Assembly: GCA_964016885.1 (NCBI GenBank) | Contig: OZ024740.1 | Span: forward strand, 340,380,001-340,444,000 | DNA length: 64,000 bases | Direction: 5' to 3' | Origin: Eledone cirrhosa | Taxonomy: Eukaryota | Part shown: positions 13,694 to 26,484 of the stretch, piece by piece | Layout of the letters: every line of letters begins with the position of its first letter | How positions within the stretch are numbered: position 1 is the first letter of the stretch | The notes under the pieces: generated by a model | Databases searched by the model: none | Seen by the model: only the letters and a program-made list of their open reading frames with translations | What the model was told of the DNA's origin: nothing | Translations under genes and position numbers: made by a program

Positions 13694-14170
13694 CAGGGTG
13701 TCATTAAAAAATGTACATATACTTTGAATATCTAAAATATATTTAAGTTTTATAATTGAAATTAAAGATAGCTGTGTAAGTATTTTTAGTTATTCCAAGT
13801 GGTCAAACTGGTGGGCATTCTGGTCGAGACACTGCTGACATCACCCATCATTTGGATGAATTATATTTCAACAGCTGTGCTAATTTCATAGAATGTTGCC
13901 AGTTTTACACAAACCTGATCTCTTAAATATTTCCAGTCATGCAAAGTTTGGTGAATGCATGGGGTACCTCTGCACCTAATCTATCTGTTCAATCAATTTC
14001 CATGAAGATAGGTCTACAACTAAGATAGTAATGGGAGAGGTGCTCCGTGAAGCTGGAAATAACTCTTCATCATTCACAAACACCTCTCAAATGTATATAT
14101 AATATAATGAATTTGTACAGCAAGTTCAAAATGTTAAATGTGTGCATAAATTTTGGGGGAAGACACTCTG
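13694..14170. mobile_element. Old Tc1/mariner-type non-autonomous element
   Basis: TA-cagggtgtc ... gacactctg-TA imperfect TIRs with TA flanks. Confidence 0.55.
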
Positions 14171-14234
14171 TATATGTTACGACTAACTATTTTTATTGAG
14201 TTACATAAAGTATTAGAAAAATACTAAAACATAC

Positions 14235-14366
14235 CATACATCTTCATCCAGATAATAATCCAACCAGATAGACTGCAACTGAGTAGGAATATAGAAAAAA
14301 TTCTTTTCCAGTCACCATTTGGAGCATGCATCTCAGCGTATGTCTGGCAGAAGCTGATACGATATA
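14235..14366 (-). CDS. COX4: COX4 coding exon 3
   Basis: tttcag/GTATGT boundaries; (L)YRISFCQTYAEMHAPNGDWKRIFSIFLLSCSLSGWIIIWMKMY, containing the LYR.SF..T.AEM motif and the transmembrane helix. Confidence 0.96.
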
Positions 14367-14999
14367 CTGAAATAGATTTATATCTTTCATCACATACATG
14401 TCAATATACACAAACTCAAATAATGAAAAACATTGAATTTCATAATTAGAAATATTCAAATGACGAAGAGTAAATATTTGAATTTTAATTTTGTATTTTA
14501 GGAGATAATAATTAGAACCTCTCTGCCCCAGTGCCTCATCTCACAATATCACAAACCTTCCCAGAGAAGAGAATTTTTCAGTGTAGATATTAAGCAATAA
14601 TCATTATGTTCTCTTAGATATATTCTTTAATCATTGATATTATAATCATTAATTTATGCTTTAATACTTTGATATTTCAGATTTAGAAAATTAGGCACAC
14701 AATATATTATAGATCAGGTTTTATTTCATAGAATCAGAGCCAGTTTTGGCCGGATTGGTAATTAATGGGTTATGGCAAGAAAATATATTTGAAAATTAGG
14801 CACACAATATATTATAAATCAGGATTTTACCAGTTTTAAACTAGTAAGATCATTCGTTATTCAGCAGAGTACTAGATACTTGGGATAGTAGAGTGTAAAT
14901 ATATTAAAGAGTTGGGGCCCGACAGCTGAGCTTTTACAGCAATTCCAGAGTGTGGAATTTGCTGTTAAAACGTAAGAGTTCAGCCCTTCAAGATGTGCA

Positions 15000-16143
15000 C
15001 AATGAGAAAGAAGACGAATTAAAATTGTATGACATAGAAGATAACTGGAAGCAACTGCAATGATGGTAGATAGAGCCATTAAAGACAAAAGACAAACATA
15101 GAAGGATTGGAAAAATGGGGGGAGTAGAGACCGATACTTAGCCGCTAAAAGAGAAGCTAAACGGCAGATATACTTAGTACGCAGGGAAGCTGAGAGTAGG
15201 AGGTTTGCCAATGTTCTACAACAAGAGGATCAGGGATGTGAGATATTCCGCATTGCAAGGCAGTGTGTCAGTGTAAATCAGGATGTTGTGTGTCCGAAAT
15301 GATGCTGGTGCTCAGAAATATCATTATGAGAGACTGATTGGGAGAGAAAATACCCCCAACAGAGGGACCAGCTATTGAGATTGACGACTATAGGGTCAAA
15401 GAGGCAATTAATGAAATGAAAAGTGGTAAGGCCACTGGTCCATCAGGGATAGTTGCTGAGATGCTGAAATTTGATTGTAAGAGTGTCAGTGATATGCACA
15501 TTTTTCAAATGTAGGTAGGATCTATAGATGTGGTTCATAGCTTCCGATACCTAGGTGATCAGATTAGCAAGGGAGGAGGATGTTCCGAGGCCATAGTATC
15601 TAGAATAAGGACAGGATGGAAGAAGTTTAGGGAGCTGCTTCCTCTGTTGACAACAAAGGGTTTCTATCTACGAACGAAAGGTCTGTTATATGCCTGTGTG
15701 AGATGCGCGATGCTGCATGGTAGTGAGATATGGGCAACAACTGCGGAGGATATGCGGCGACTGGAGAGAAATAAAGCAAGCATGCTCCGATGAATGTGTA
15801 ATGTCAATGTGTGTGAATGACTAAGCATAGACGAGTTGAGAGTGAAACTGTGTATAAGAGGGATAAACTGTAGCGTGCAGGAGAGAAGACTGAGTTGGTA
15901 TGGCCATGTGATGCACATGGAAAATGACAGCTGGGTGAAGAAGTGCCAAGAAATCTCGGTAGAAGGAAGACGCAGTAGAGGAAAACCACAAAAAAACATG
16001 GGTGGAGGTGGTGAGAGCTGACCTTAGATCACTGAAGCTCACAGAGGAGATGATGTGGGACTCTGACGAATGGAGAGATGCTGTGCTTAAGAGGACCCAT
16101 CCCATCCTTGCAAGCCGAGAAAAGCGGACGTTAAAATGGTGAT
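15000..16143 (+). mobile_element. Diverged RTE LINE copy, internally deleted, in a COX4 intron
   Basis: VHSFRYLGDQISKGGGCSEAIVSRIRTGWKKFRELLPLL and ERRLSWYGHV; tail gcggacgttaaaatggtg. Confidence 0.88.
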
Positions 16144-16154
16144 ATATATATATA

Positions 16155-16285
16155 GCTGTGTAGTTAAGAAATTCACTCCACAATCACTTGATCTCGGGTT
16201 CAATCCTACTGTGTAGCTCCTTGGGCAAACATCTACTATAAGCCTCGCACTAGAATTACTAGATGGAAACTATATGGGAACCCAT
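16155..16285 (+). mobile_element. tRNA-derived SINE (family B)
   Basis: gctgtgtagttaag (A-box-like), gggttcaatcc (B-box), ccttgggcaa; related to 18948-19100. Confidence 0.65.
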
Positions 16286-17085
16286 CAAGTGTGTGCATGA
16301 GCTTGTGCATTTGTGTATATCTTTGGACAGTGAATCACATTTGTTTATGACCTTCATAAACAATGTATCCCACAGCTCAGTAATTCAATATTATGGAGAT
16401 CAGTCTTTTGTATGTCGTATTTGAATCTCATTGTATTGGTTTTCAAAAACAAAGTTTAACCATAAAATTTGAACTTTACATGTAGAAGAAATGTTCACTG
16501 AACCAATGTTTATGGATTAGCTTCTGCAATTTTACATGCATGAATTAAGCCATAGATAATTGAAATGGTGAAGAAATAACCTGATTTGAAGACAACAAAA
16601 TGGCAGAGGTGTTATGGAGTTGAATTAGCTGCCTCTGTATTTCTCTGCATCCTGAATTTAAATCCCACTGATGTCAGCCTTGCTTTCTATCCCTTTTAGG
16701 TCAAATAAGATAAAGTACCAATCCAGAGGTGGTGGATTAGAATTCTTTACACGCAAAAAAAAAAAAAATGAGTCAGAAGGGATACTTTACATCTATTCTG
16801 GCTCTGTGCATTTTGAGTTCAAATCCTGCCCCACTCCATGTCACTAGAAAATCAGTGACATTTCTGTCAGGAGTTTATGATCTGTAGACAGATAGTATAC
16901 TTCTTGTTTAGCAAGCTACCCTTGTGAGATATAATTGACTATAAAAAGTAATCTTGAACAATTCTCAAATACCATTTGAAATATTTTGTACTCTGCTCTA
17001 AGCAGAAATTATTAGAGAATGAAAATAAAAAGCAATAATTCTGAGTATCTAATACAACCGATGACATCTCAAATAATTGACTTAC

Positions 17086-17256
17086 AGTCTTTCTTTTCTT
17101 GCAGAGTAAGGGTTTTCCAATCTTCCGTCTGTTTGTTCAGAAGGGCCAAATTATCACCGGTACTTTCCTTAAATCGAATCGCAGGAAATGGAATTTCAGG
17201 GATATCGAAATAGCTTGCACTGCCATTGATGCCAAAACCTACAATCTCCCGGTTGC
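17086..17256 (-). CDS. COX4: COX4 coding exon 2
   Basis: tttcag/GTAAGT boundaries; (G)NREIVGFGINGSASYFDIPEIPFPAIRFKESTGDNLALLNKQTEDWKTLTLQEKKD, the invertebrate COX4 IG.RE.VGFG.NG motif. Confidence 0.96.
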
Positions 17257-18299
17257 CTGAAATCAATAAAGCAGAAAATCACTTATCACACTGAAATACT
17301 GACTAAACAGCTTCAAATAATAATTTCTTAAATATTGTTAAATGAAATATAGTACAGGTTCACCAGATTACAACATACACATTACAGATCGTAAGTATAC
17401 ATATATATATTTTCATATCAGGTCAGGCTTCTGCCTGCTAGTGGACCCTTGTAACCCAATACAACCTGCTTCATAGTTGAGTTGTCAGTGACTAAACTGG
17501 CTCCCCCACCAGACCCTGATCTGGTAAGGAGGGTAAGTGGAACCCCAGCAGCACAAAAACAAGAGCTGTTAAAAGGGCGGATGAACTCCTCAGAGTCAAT
17601 GGCCATCCACCCCAACTATGGGTTAAATAGCCTCATCAACTTAAATTGGCCAAGTGTAGTGAGTATGGCTACACCCCTGACATGACCAAAACCAAACAAA
17701 GTTGTTGAGGTCAACCAAGGAAGGGTTCCTCCAACAGAAGTGAGTAAGCTCTGGATTGTGTGTACATACATACATATAGCATCATTTAATGTCCATTTTC
17801 CCTGTTAGCAAGGGTTAAACAAATCATTACATTCTGAGTTAAGTACTTAAGCGGAACTTCTGACCTCTCAGATGGGCCAGGGATCTGCATCTTGTTTATA
17901 AAACGTTCCCAAACCCCTACCAAGAGCATTTTATTATAGTATCAGCACTAAGGAAGTTGTCAAAGCTTTGATACTTGGCAAATTTTCTACAACTGGATGC
18001 CAACCATGTTACAGAGTGTAAATGGATGCATATAACATGTAGATCACCAACCCTTGAGAAGTTGCCATGTCTTTGAAACAATTGAAGAATCCTCCAGAAC
18101 TTTGATTGGCAAGTTTTCATCATCATTTTTTAATGTTTATTTTACATGCTTGAGTGAATTTAACGGGTTGTAGAGCTTAACAAGGTAGGTAACTATGGCT
18201 TCCTTATAAATTTCATTTTTGGCTTTTTTTTAATACCTGGCAACCCTTTCTAACGCCAACCATTTTACAGTGTGTAGAACAATAAACTCATTAGATCAG

Positions 18300-18890
18300 T
18301 ATTTGTAGAGGCAGATTAACATATATATGGTGGCTGCCAACTCGTTTTCGAGTACGGCCACTACTTTATATCCATGTAGGAGAACCCCTACCGATGCGCT
18401 GAACGAGTGTGACTTTTTAGTCCAGCCAGCGACTTGAAAACTCTGGTACAAACACTACACTTGTGACAATTACTGACACATAGTGCTGGGCCCATGGTAC
18501 CATGTGACGACAAGTGCAGAGAGATTTCCAGATATAAAGCAATGCCTGTGCCGTGAAGCTTTTATAGTGAGCAAAGGCACTGCACAAAGCCAGTCCCACT
18601 CTCTTAACCAAGATGATATTTACCAAAAAGAAGAACAAGTCAACATCATTGGATACCATCAGGGTTGCAGGTGTTATATCAGAGTTTTCCTTCTCCTAGA
18701 ATTCTGCCTTGACAAAGGCTAAGGGGTCATCTCTCCCGGTGATTTTGGATGGCCATTGACTCTTAAGAGCTCCTTTGCCCTTTGACAGGTTTTGTTTTTA
18801 GTCCTGCAGGATGTCCAAAGTCACCCTCCTCACCAAGAAACCTTGGTGGGGTTGCCAGTTTAGTCGCCAACGACCCGACCATGGGACATA
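18300..18890 (-). mobile_element. Degenerate 5' region of a second LINE family (related pieces at 17418-17700 + and 29300-29490 -)
   Basis: Shared gactaaactggc...ccacc...gagtcaatggccatcc motif in all three places. Confidence 0.5.
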
Positions 18891-18947
18891 ACATATATAT
18901 ACACACATACATACATACATATATGCACAACATACAATATAAAAGCA

Positions 18948-19100
18948 CAGGCATGGCTGTGTAGTTAAAAAGTTCAGTTTGGAACCATGTGGGTTCAGTT
19001 GTACTGTGTGGCACCTTGTACAAGTGTCCTCTGTTATAGCTTTGTTTTGACCATAGCCTTGTAAGTGAATTTGGTAGTCAGAAACTGTACGAAGCCTGTC
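18948..19100 (+). mobile_element. tRNA-derived SINE (family B)
   Basis: gcatggctgtgtagttaaaaag...gggttcagtt...ccttgtaagtgaatttggtag. Confidence 0.65.
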
Positions 19101-19679
19101 ATTTAAAGTCTGTTTTCTCTGCTAGCAAAGTGTGCGCGTGTTGCCATAACATTCTTATAAAGTTTGAGGTGATAGTTTATGTCAATATACATAGCAGTAT
19201 TTATGGTTTGATAAAAATGTTAGGGTCTTATACCATATTTAGAATAAGGTATGGGTTAGCATCAAAAATGGTATCTGGCTGTAGGAAATTGTCAATATAG
19301 ATATCTCATCCAACCCATGAAAGTATGGAAAAAAAACATAAAAACAATAATCATCATCACCGTTTTACGTCCATTCTTTCCACGCTTGCATGGGTTAGAC
19401 GGGTTGTCCTGTTGTGAGCAGTGTCTAGTTGGCTGACCTTGTCTTGCTTACACGGGAATAATGATAATATATACAAATGGGTTCCAGTTTTTGGCATGGT
19501 TTCTATTACTAAATCCTCTTTCTGTGGAAGTAAATGATGTTATTAAGGTCAGGCAGTCACAGAAGCCATAATGGAAAGTATAAGATATCATGCCTTCTAA
19601 TATGCTGTAAAAATTGCCAGAAAAAGAGATTGGCTATGTTCCAAGTATTTACAGGTAAATGACTATATATTTATGAAGT

Positions 19680-19890
19680 ATAAATGGAATACACAGCATC
19701 ACTAATGTATAATATGTATAGTGAGTATTATTGATGCATATATAGTGGATACACAGCATTATTGATATATATATATATATATAGTAGATACATGACATTA
19801 CTGAGGTTTATGCATGTATAGTGGATACCTGGCATTACTGATGTATATGTATATATAGTTGACAATTGACATTATTGATGTATATGTATT
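19680..19890. repeat. Degenerate ~40-bp minisatellite
   Basis: About 6 units of tatagtggatacacagcattattgatgtatatg. Confidence 0.65.
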
Positions 19891-20189
19891 TATAGAGGAG
19901 CGTTCCCAGCCTATATCTACAATGGGTATAGGGCATGGCTGTTGTTCGCACACTGACTATTTCCCTGTATCTGATTTAAAATAGATACACCACATCCCTG
20001 CATGTTGTAAGAAGCAAGTAAAGGGTTGGTGCCAAGAAGGGCATCCAGCTATAAAACATTATATCAAAAAGAATCCCACAATGAGCAGAAGTTTATCATG
20101 GGGTCCACAAGGCTAATGAATGCTTTAACAGGAAAAAGGGAAAATGGCATTAAAATACTTGTGTGTTTTTGCAACTCATATATATATTA

Positions 20190-20665
20190 CCGTATACACT
20201 CATATATAAGCCGAGAAATATGTGACAAAGAAAAAAAAGAAGGTAAAATGGGGAGTCAACTTATATTTGAGGTCAATATTTTGCCAATTTCCACCAACTT
20301 CAAATTCTACATAAATGCGGTGCATATTCACCTCATTTGTTTCACGAATTTCACCTCCAGTTCCACTTTGGAGGTAAAATTTGTTTTTCCTGTTATGAGG
20401 CATTTTGAAATATAACCTTCAAAACAGTTGGAAATTGGTAAAGAAATCAATACATAAAGGACCTGTGAAACAAAAACTATATTCGAAACAACACTTAAAA
20501 CATTTTAAATATTAAAATATTAAAACTTCATAAACATATTCTCCATCACGAGAATTTCAAAACCAAAACACTATCTAAACATAATGTGTTGATTAACTGC
20601 CTTGGCTCATATACAGGGTTAGAATTTTGCCTATTTCTCAGACATAAAATATGGGGTCAACTTAT
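20190..20665. mobile_element. pogo/Tigger-like MITE (second copy at 52775-53212)
   Basis: ta-ccgtatacactcatatataagccgag terminus, ggggtcaacttata subterminal motifs, and shared internal sequence aaacaacactta.aacattttaaatat.aaaatattaaaacttcataaa. Confidence 0.65.
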
Positions 20666-20884
20666 ATTGTGCCCACTCCATTTCAAGCATGTCTGCTTTT
20701 TCACATTGGTGTAGATTTGACAGGTCTTTTTGAGGCAGTTTTTCTATGGCCGGATACCCTTTCTGATAGATTTTTAAGCATCGTATATACCTATGACCTT
20801 TCTCTGTGGGACATAAATGTCATCATTTGCTTTAAATGGTGCCAGTATGAATACGTATAGAAACAGGCACATGCACACACACAC

Positions 20885-21337
20885 ATCATTTAACATCCAT
20901 GTTTCCCTACTAGCACGGGTTAGATAAGTTGTTTCATTGTGAGACATGTCAAGGTCAGATGACTGTGTCTTACTCATACAGAGCTGTTTCTGTCTTGGTT
21001 TCTACGGCTGGATGCCCTTCCTAACGCCAACCACATTTACAGTGAGGATTGGGTGCTTTCTATCATGGCACCAAAACAACCACATTTACAGCGTGGACTG
21101 GGTGCTTTTTGTCATGGCACCTAAACAGCCACATTAAAGTGTGGACTGTGTACTTTTTGTTGTCACCAACACAATCATTTTACAGTGTGGAATGGGAGCT
21201 TTTTGTCATGGCTCCAAAATGATCAGGTTACCTTACAGAGAGGACTAGGTGCTTTTTTTTTTTGTCATAGCTCCAACATGAGCACCTTACATGGTGGACT
21301 AGGGAAGCAGGGAAAAGCGGACGTAAAATGATGATGA
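20885..21337. mobile_element. RTE 3'-UTR-derived element with outward-facing tails at both ends and ~5 internal ~40-bp repeats
   Basis: Left end catcatttaacatccatg; right end ggaaaagcggacgtaaaatgatgatg; internal ccacatttacagtgtggactgggtgctttttgtcatggcacc repeats. Confidence 0.7.
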
Positions 21338-21347
21338 TATATATATA

Positions 21348-22600
21348 CGAGGGGGGATCAAAAAGTTCGCGGAATTTTATGGTAGTAAGAAAAAAATAGG
21401 TTAAAACAATATTAAACATGTCAGAACATTGTCACTGGGTGTTTACCTTGCTATTAGTCACTTGCAGTCAGTTATGCGCGGACTATTGTACAGTACTGAC
21501 ACTCTTTAAAAAACCTCTTTTTGGAATAATGGAAAATAGTTATTTTGTGATAAGATCGAATATCAAGTTTCAGGTGAAACTCAAATAGAAAGGGACACAG
21601 ATTATGGAGGCTTTAGTTAAAGTTTACGGTACTACTGCTCCAAAGAAAACTGCTGTCTACAAGTGGATTCAGCGATTCAAACAAGGGAGAGACGACTTTG
21701 AAGACGACCGTCGCAGTGGAAGACTAGGAACATCAAAAAATGGCCAAAACATTGAGGCTGCTCAGACTTTAATTGAAGAAGATCGAAGAATAACAGTTAA
21801 TCAGTTAGCTAAGTCCCTAGACATTTCATATGGTTCGGCAAATTCAATTCTGCACGATAATTTTGGACTAAGCAAGCTTTCAGCGCGATGGGTCCCAAAA
21901 GCGTTGCACCCTGATCTTCGAAGTGATCTGTCTTTGGCGATATTAAACAAAATTGAAGTTGATGAAGAGCATTTCCTGACCAGAATCATCACCGGAGATG
22001 AAACCTGGATCTACCAGTATGATCCTGAATCCAAACAGCAGTCAAAACAGTGGCTTCCACATGGATCATCAGGGCCAATCTCAAAAGTCGGATCAAAAAG
22101 TGATGGCCACCATTTTCTGGGATTCAGATGGGGTGATACTAATAGATTATCTTGAAGGTCAAAGAACTGTGACAGGAGCTTACTATGCAAATGTTTTAAG
22201 GAAGCTGAAAGAAGCATTAGTCAAGAAACAAAAAGGGAAACTTCATGGTAGGATCTTGTTTGATCATGACACTGCACCAGCGCATTCTGCGCGGGTTGCA
22301 AAAGAAGTTCTTCGAGAATTTCGATGAGAAGTGCTTCCTCACCCGCCTTATAGTCCAGATTTAGACCCATCAGACTTTTTCCTCTTTCCAAAACTCAAAG
22401 AAATGCTAAAAGGAACCCGTTTTAGTGGTGTTGAAGAAGCTAAAAACACTGCCAACACATGGCTTCGAACAAGGCCTTCAACTTTCTTTAGAGACGGCTT
22501 ACGAAGCTGGAAGCATCGCCTTGTGAAGTGTATTGACCAGCATGGCAACTATGTAGAAAAATAAATTGAAGGTAAATCATATTTTTTGAAAAATAGAATA
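21348..22600 (+). mobile_element. mariner (DD34D) transposon, pseudogenised transposase, right TIR not seen
   Basis: TA-cgaggggggatcaaaaagttcgcggaat TIR; WVPK, TGDETW, HDTAPAH, HPPYSPDLDPSD motifs; stops and a frameshift. Confidence 0.95.
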
Positions 22601-22807
22601 TAATAATGCCCCGCACCAATATTTCCTACTTATCAAATTCACTCACAATGAATTAGTCTGTGGCTAGAATAACAGAGACTAGTCCAACATGATGTGTAGT
22701 AAACCTTTGGGTATATTTTACTATGGAATACAATTTAAAAAAATAAAAAAAAAATATTACAAAATATAAATGGTTAATGCAATACTTTATACAGATAATA
22801 TATTTAC

Positions 22808-22943
22808 CAATTCTGGGATGGATCTTATCACGAGCTTCTGGAGTAAGAACTACACTTTGATTTCCCAAAACAGCCGATGTAGAAATCTGACGTGAGAAAC
22901 GGGCGGTCAGATTGCCAATTGACTTGATAAGATGTCGGTTCAT
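22808..22943 (-). CDS. COX4: COX4 coding exon 1 (mitochondrial presequence); the exon starts at 22953
   Basis: MNRHLIKSIGNLTARFSRQISTSAV...IHPRIG, with an R-x-IST-S presequence. ctgcag acceptor 10 nt before the ATG and G|GTAAAT donor. The four exons total 576 nt (191 aa + stop). Confidence 0.93.
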
Positions 22944-24749
22944 TGTTCACACACTGCAGAATAGAGGGAACATAGAAAAGCTTAACAATTATGAACAATG
23001 GCACATTTCTACTAAAAAAACAACACAATATTGCATGTAGTACAGCTAAACAACAATGATGTGTGTGATGGTGTGTGCGCGCACACACACGCATGCTAGG
23101 TCCTACAACAACTGGCATTTTATAGTCATTTTCCCTGCTAAAATAGGGGTTACGTTTTGGGGTCCCATGACAAGTTTCATAATCATAATAGAGTCTGCTT
23201 TGAGGCAGTGTTTTACAGCCAGTTGCTTTTCTTGGTGCCAAACCTTTCAGTTAATTTTTACGACATGCAGAGATACGGTGTACCAAGTTTAAACCAGATG
23301 TACATTCAATAGTTAAATAGAAAATATACTTCACTGTATGATCTAATAAGGCCAATCAAAACTAACAGTTTTTTGTAATGGCTCAGAAAAGGAAGTTAAA
23401 CCATCAAATCGTATTGTGTTATGTAACAATACCATGTTGACTACCAGATGTTTGCAACAATTACATAGTGGGAACTCATTAATATGTAATCTGTACTCCA
23501 GTTTACTGCATATTTTCATCATTGGGGTGTATTTAGAAATGTTTGACATAAATTCAGTTGAAAATGATGAGAAGGGAGGGGTGAAAGATTTATAGCTCCT
23601 CAAACTGGTTTTCAGAATAAACAAATTTAGGGGGGGAAAAAAAATGAAGTTTTTGAAAAAGCAGGCATCCCATGCAGAATTAATTTAAGTAAACTGTATA
23701 AAAATATAGTTTGTGAAGTGAATGGGGTTAAATTTGCTTGCTTTGTGCTATTTGTTGTTGTGACTTTCCAAAGGTGGCCTGATTTGTCACAGATGAATTC
23801 ATGAAGCCAGATAAAAAGTTGTCTACAGTAAGTTCATGACAATATATTGTGTAACATGCAGTTCATACAAATCTATTTTTGGATTAAAAAGACAGCGCTA
23901 TACATTAGAATACACTTCTGCATATTTATTTATAAGGGCTGTCAAAAGACACCTAGGAATCTGTTGAGCTTAAAGAACTGTAAAAAATATTATTATTTAA
24001 TTGTCTGTGATGGACTTCTTCAAGCACGAATGGACAGTCATCAAATATACACAAGCATGCATATCTATTATAAAAGGTCAAAACACATGCATCCCTTTTT
24101 GTTTGTTGGTTTCCCCCCTTTCTGTCACACTATAGGAAGGAGAAAGCCGTGACTGTGATAACAGGTCAGACAGTATTATAAGATGTGGAAGAAGAGAGAG
24201 GCAATCGGTTAAATAGAGTTCTACAATTAGAGAGGTAACATGATAAAATAATGGGTAAAAGAAAATAAATGTGTGAATAATTAAGAGAAAAATTTGTGTA
24301 TGATATCAAAATGTGATCATATAAGGAGGAGACGGGATATGATGCAAGAAATGAAGACAAATTTTGATTGAGAGAAAAAAAAGAGAGGAAACTATAAAAA
24401 CAGAGAAAAAAATAACAAAGAATGAGGGAATGAGAATGCAAAATAAAGGAAACAGAACTTCTTAGTTACAGAGAAACAGCGCAACTTTGATTTGCAGAAA
24501 GAGGACAGGGACTATCATAAGTGCTACAAAATGATAAACAGGCAACAGACAAGAAGGCTCATGTATAAAGAAAAAGAACTAAAAAATAAAAACCAAAATG
24601 AAACAAAGAAAATCAAACAAGACTTGAAACAGAGACTTTAAGAATTATTGAAAGGAAACAGAAAGTCCATCATACAAACACATTATGTTAATCTGTGTAA
24701 CCCATATGCTTGTATGGAACACATAAAATGATGATGTGTGTATTGTGTA

Positions 24750-24931
24750 ATTGTTTCTACTTTTGGCAGAAGGCCAGCAATTATCCAGTACATTACTGGT
24801 ACTTTATTTTATCGACCCCGTAAGGATGAAAGGCAAAGTTAACCTCGGCAGGATTTGAACTCAGATCGTAAGGGGACGTAACTATGCTGGAAAGCATGTC
24901 CGACCCTCTACCAATACTGCCAATTCACCGC
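24750..24931 (-). mobile_element. Full-length tRNA-derived SINE (family A) with TSD
   Basis: A-box tggcagtattgg and B-box gagttcaaatcc; gtattgtgtaatt duplicated on both sides. Confidence 0.88.
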
Positions 24932-25404
24932 CCTAAGGGCGGTATTGTGTAATTAAGATTTGTTTCCAAAGGAGATCAGAAAGAAAGCAATTAAATAAGG
25001 TACTTAATACATTAGTAAAGAAGCATATTTATTTTATATAGAAATAACTTCTACTACAGGACTTGAACCGTTTCATTCATATGAAATCATCAGGATATAT
25101 ATATATATATCCATTGAACCACATTGGCATATGGTTGGACAATACATGTGTCCCTAAGCGCTTTGTGCGTGTAGGGATATATACTTTATTATTATTCTCC
25201 TCTTGGTCGAGAAAAAATTTGGTCGTTCTGACTGCTGCTAGTTATAGTGGTAGTAGACTGACCTCCCTGCCTTTGCTTCTATCTTTACACACGGCACTTG
25301 ACGGAATTGCTTCTACATCATTTATTCTCATCTCGGGAACAATTTTGAATAGCGCCAGTTCGTAATTTGAACTCGGGAATTTTATATTCTCCGAGTGAAA
25401 AGAT

Positions 25405-25488
25405 CCTTCTGACGAGAGTTTATCTTTGCAATGGATGCCGTAAGGACTGTCCATTTATTTTTGAGACTCGAAACCGATTCGGTAAAGG
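25405..25488 (+). ncRNA. Type I hammerhead ribozyme motif with intact core
   Basis: cctt-CTGACGA-gagttt...agactc-GAAA-ccg-att-cgg-TA-aagg. Stems I, II and III all pair; GUA cleavage triplet after 25484. Confidence 0.85.
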
Positions 25489-25557
25489 TAACCATAGTGA
25501 GTAAAGTTAATTTTTAAAATTTATTTTGAAACTTTTTCTTATTTGCTAAACCTTGAT

Positions 25558-25588
<31 letters not shown>

Positions 25589-25970
25589 ATAGTTCCATAG
25601 CTAAGGTGGAGGAGTGGTGCCCCAAATCCTGGCAGATACTCCTGATTAGCGAGATTAAAGTAATTGAAAATCAGCATGAACATCTGCAAAGATAATGTTG
25701 GTGGCAAGTGAAAGAACTTTGCTAAAGGACATTCAAGGACAAGTGTATTTAACTAGTTAACTGGACAATGTGTTAGACATACCACTGATGTGCATTTATA
25801 TATAAACACACAATTATAATGCAAAGACCAGTTTGTAGAAGTTTATTCCCAAGGGTAGAAATAAAAAAAGAGAAGATAAAATCTGATATTCTGTGATAGA
25901 TTGGATGAATTTATGTATAAGTATAACTATGTGTATATTGTTTATACATTGGTGAGCATGTTTTTATGTG

Positions 25971-26016
<46 letters not shown>

Positions 26017-26173
26017 TAGGGCCAGGTTTAGAGCTGCTCTTAGCCAGGAGTTCTTTTGTTATAGTAAAGTCAAGATACATATTTTCAATGTATGTGATAT
26101 TAACAATATCATGTTGTGAAAAATAAAAAAATAGTTTTAAGCAAGAATGTGTACATGTGCATGTATGTGTGTG

Positions 26174-26206
<33 letters not shown>

Positions 26207-26207
<1 letters not shown>

Positions 26208-26484
26208 ATCATTTTACGTCCATTTTTCCATGCTAGCATGGGTTAGATGGGTTGTCCTGTTGTGGGCAATACTAGGTCAGGTGACCATGCCATGCTCATA
26301 CAGAACTGATTTTGGCTTGATTTGTTGGGGGGGGGGGGGGGGGGGTTGCACTGTCTATATACTTCAGCTTCGGCGTGTACCCGTGGGAAGTTGGATCTTC
26401 TGTATTACTGCGTATCGCTAGAAATCTCAGTCCTGTGCCATCGCCTTTGAGAGGTGCAAATTGGACATGGTCAGCTTTGATCAT
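26207..26484 (-). mobile_element. Short internally deleted RTE 3' fragment
   Basis: (CAT) tail plus the ORF C-terminus, IKADHVQF..DGTGLRFLAIRSNTEDP-like. Confidence 0.7.

Noticed and set aside
21030-21240. ~40-bp repeats that superficially resemble a CRISPR array
   Set aside because: Eukaryotic DNA; the units are the tandem motif of the RTE 3' UTR with no unique spacers.
25242-25454. 70-aa minus-strand ORF
   Set aside because: Overlaps the hammerhead-bearing repeat; explained as non-coding.
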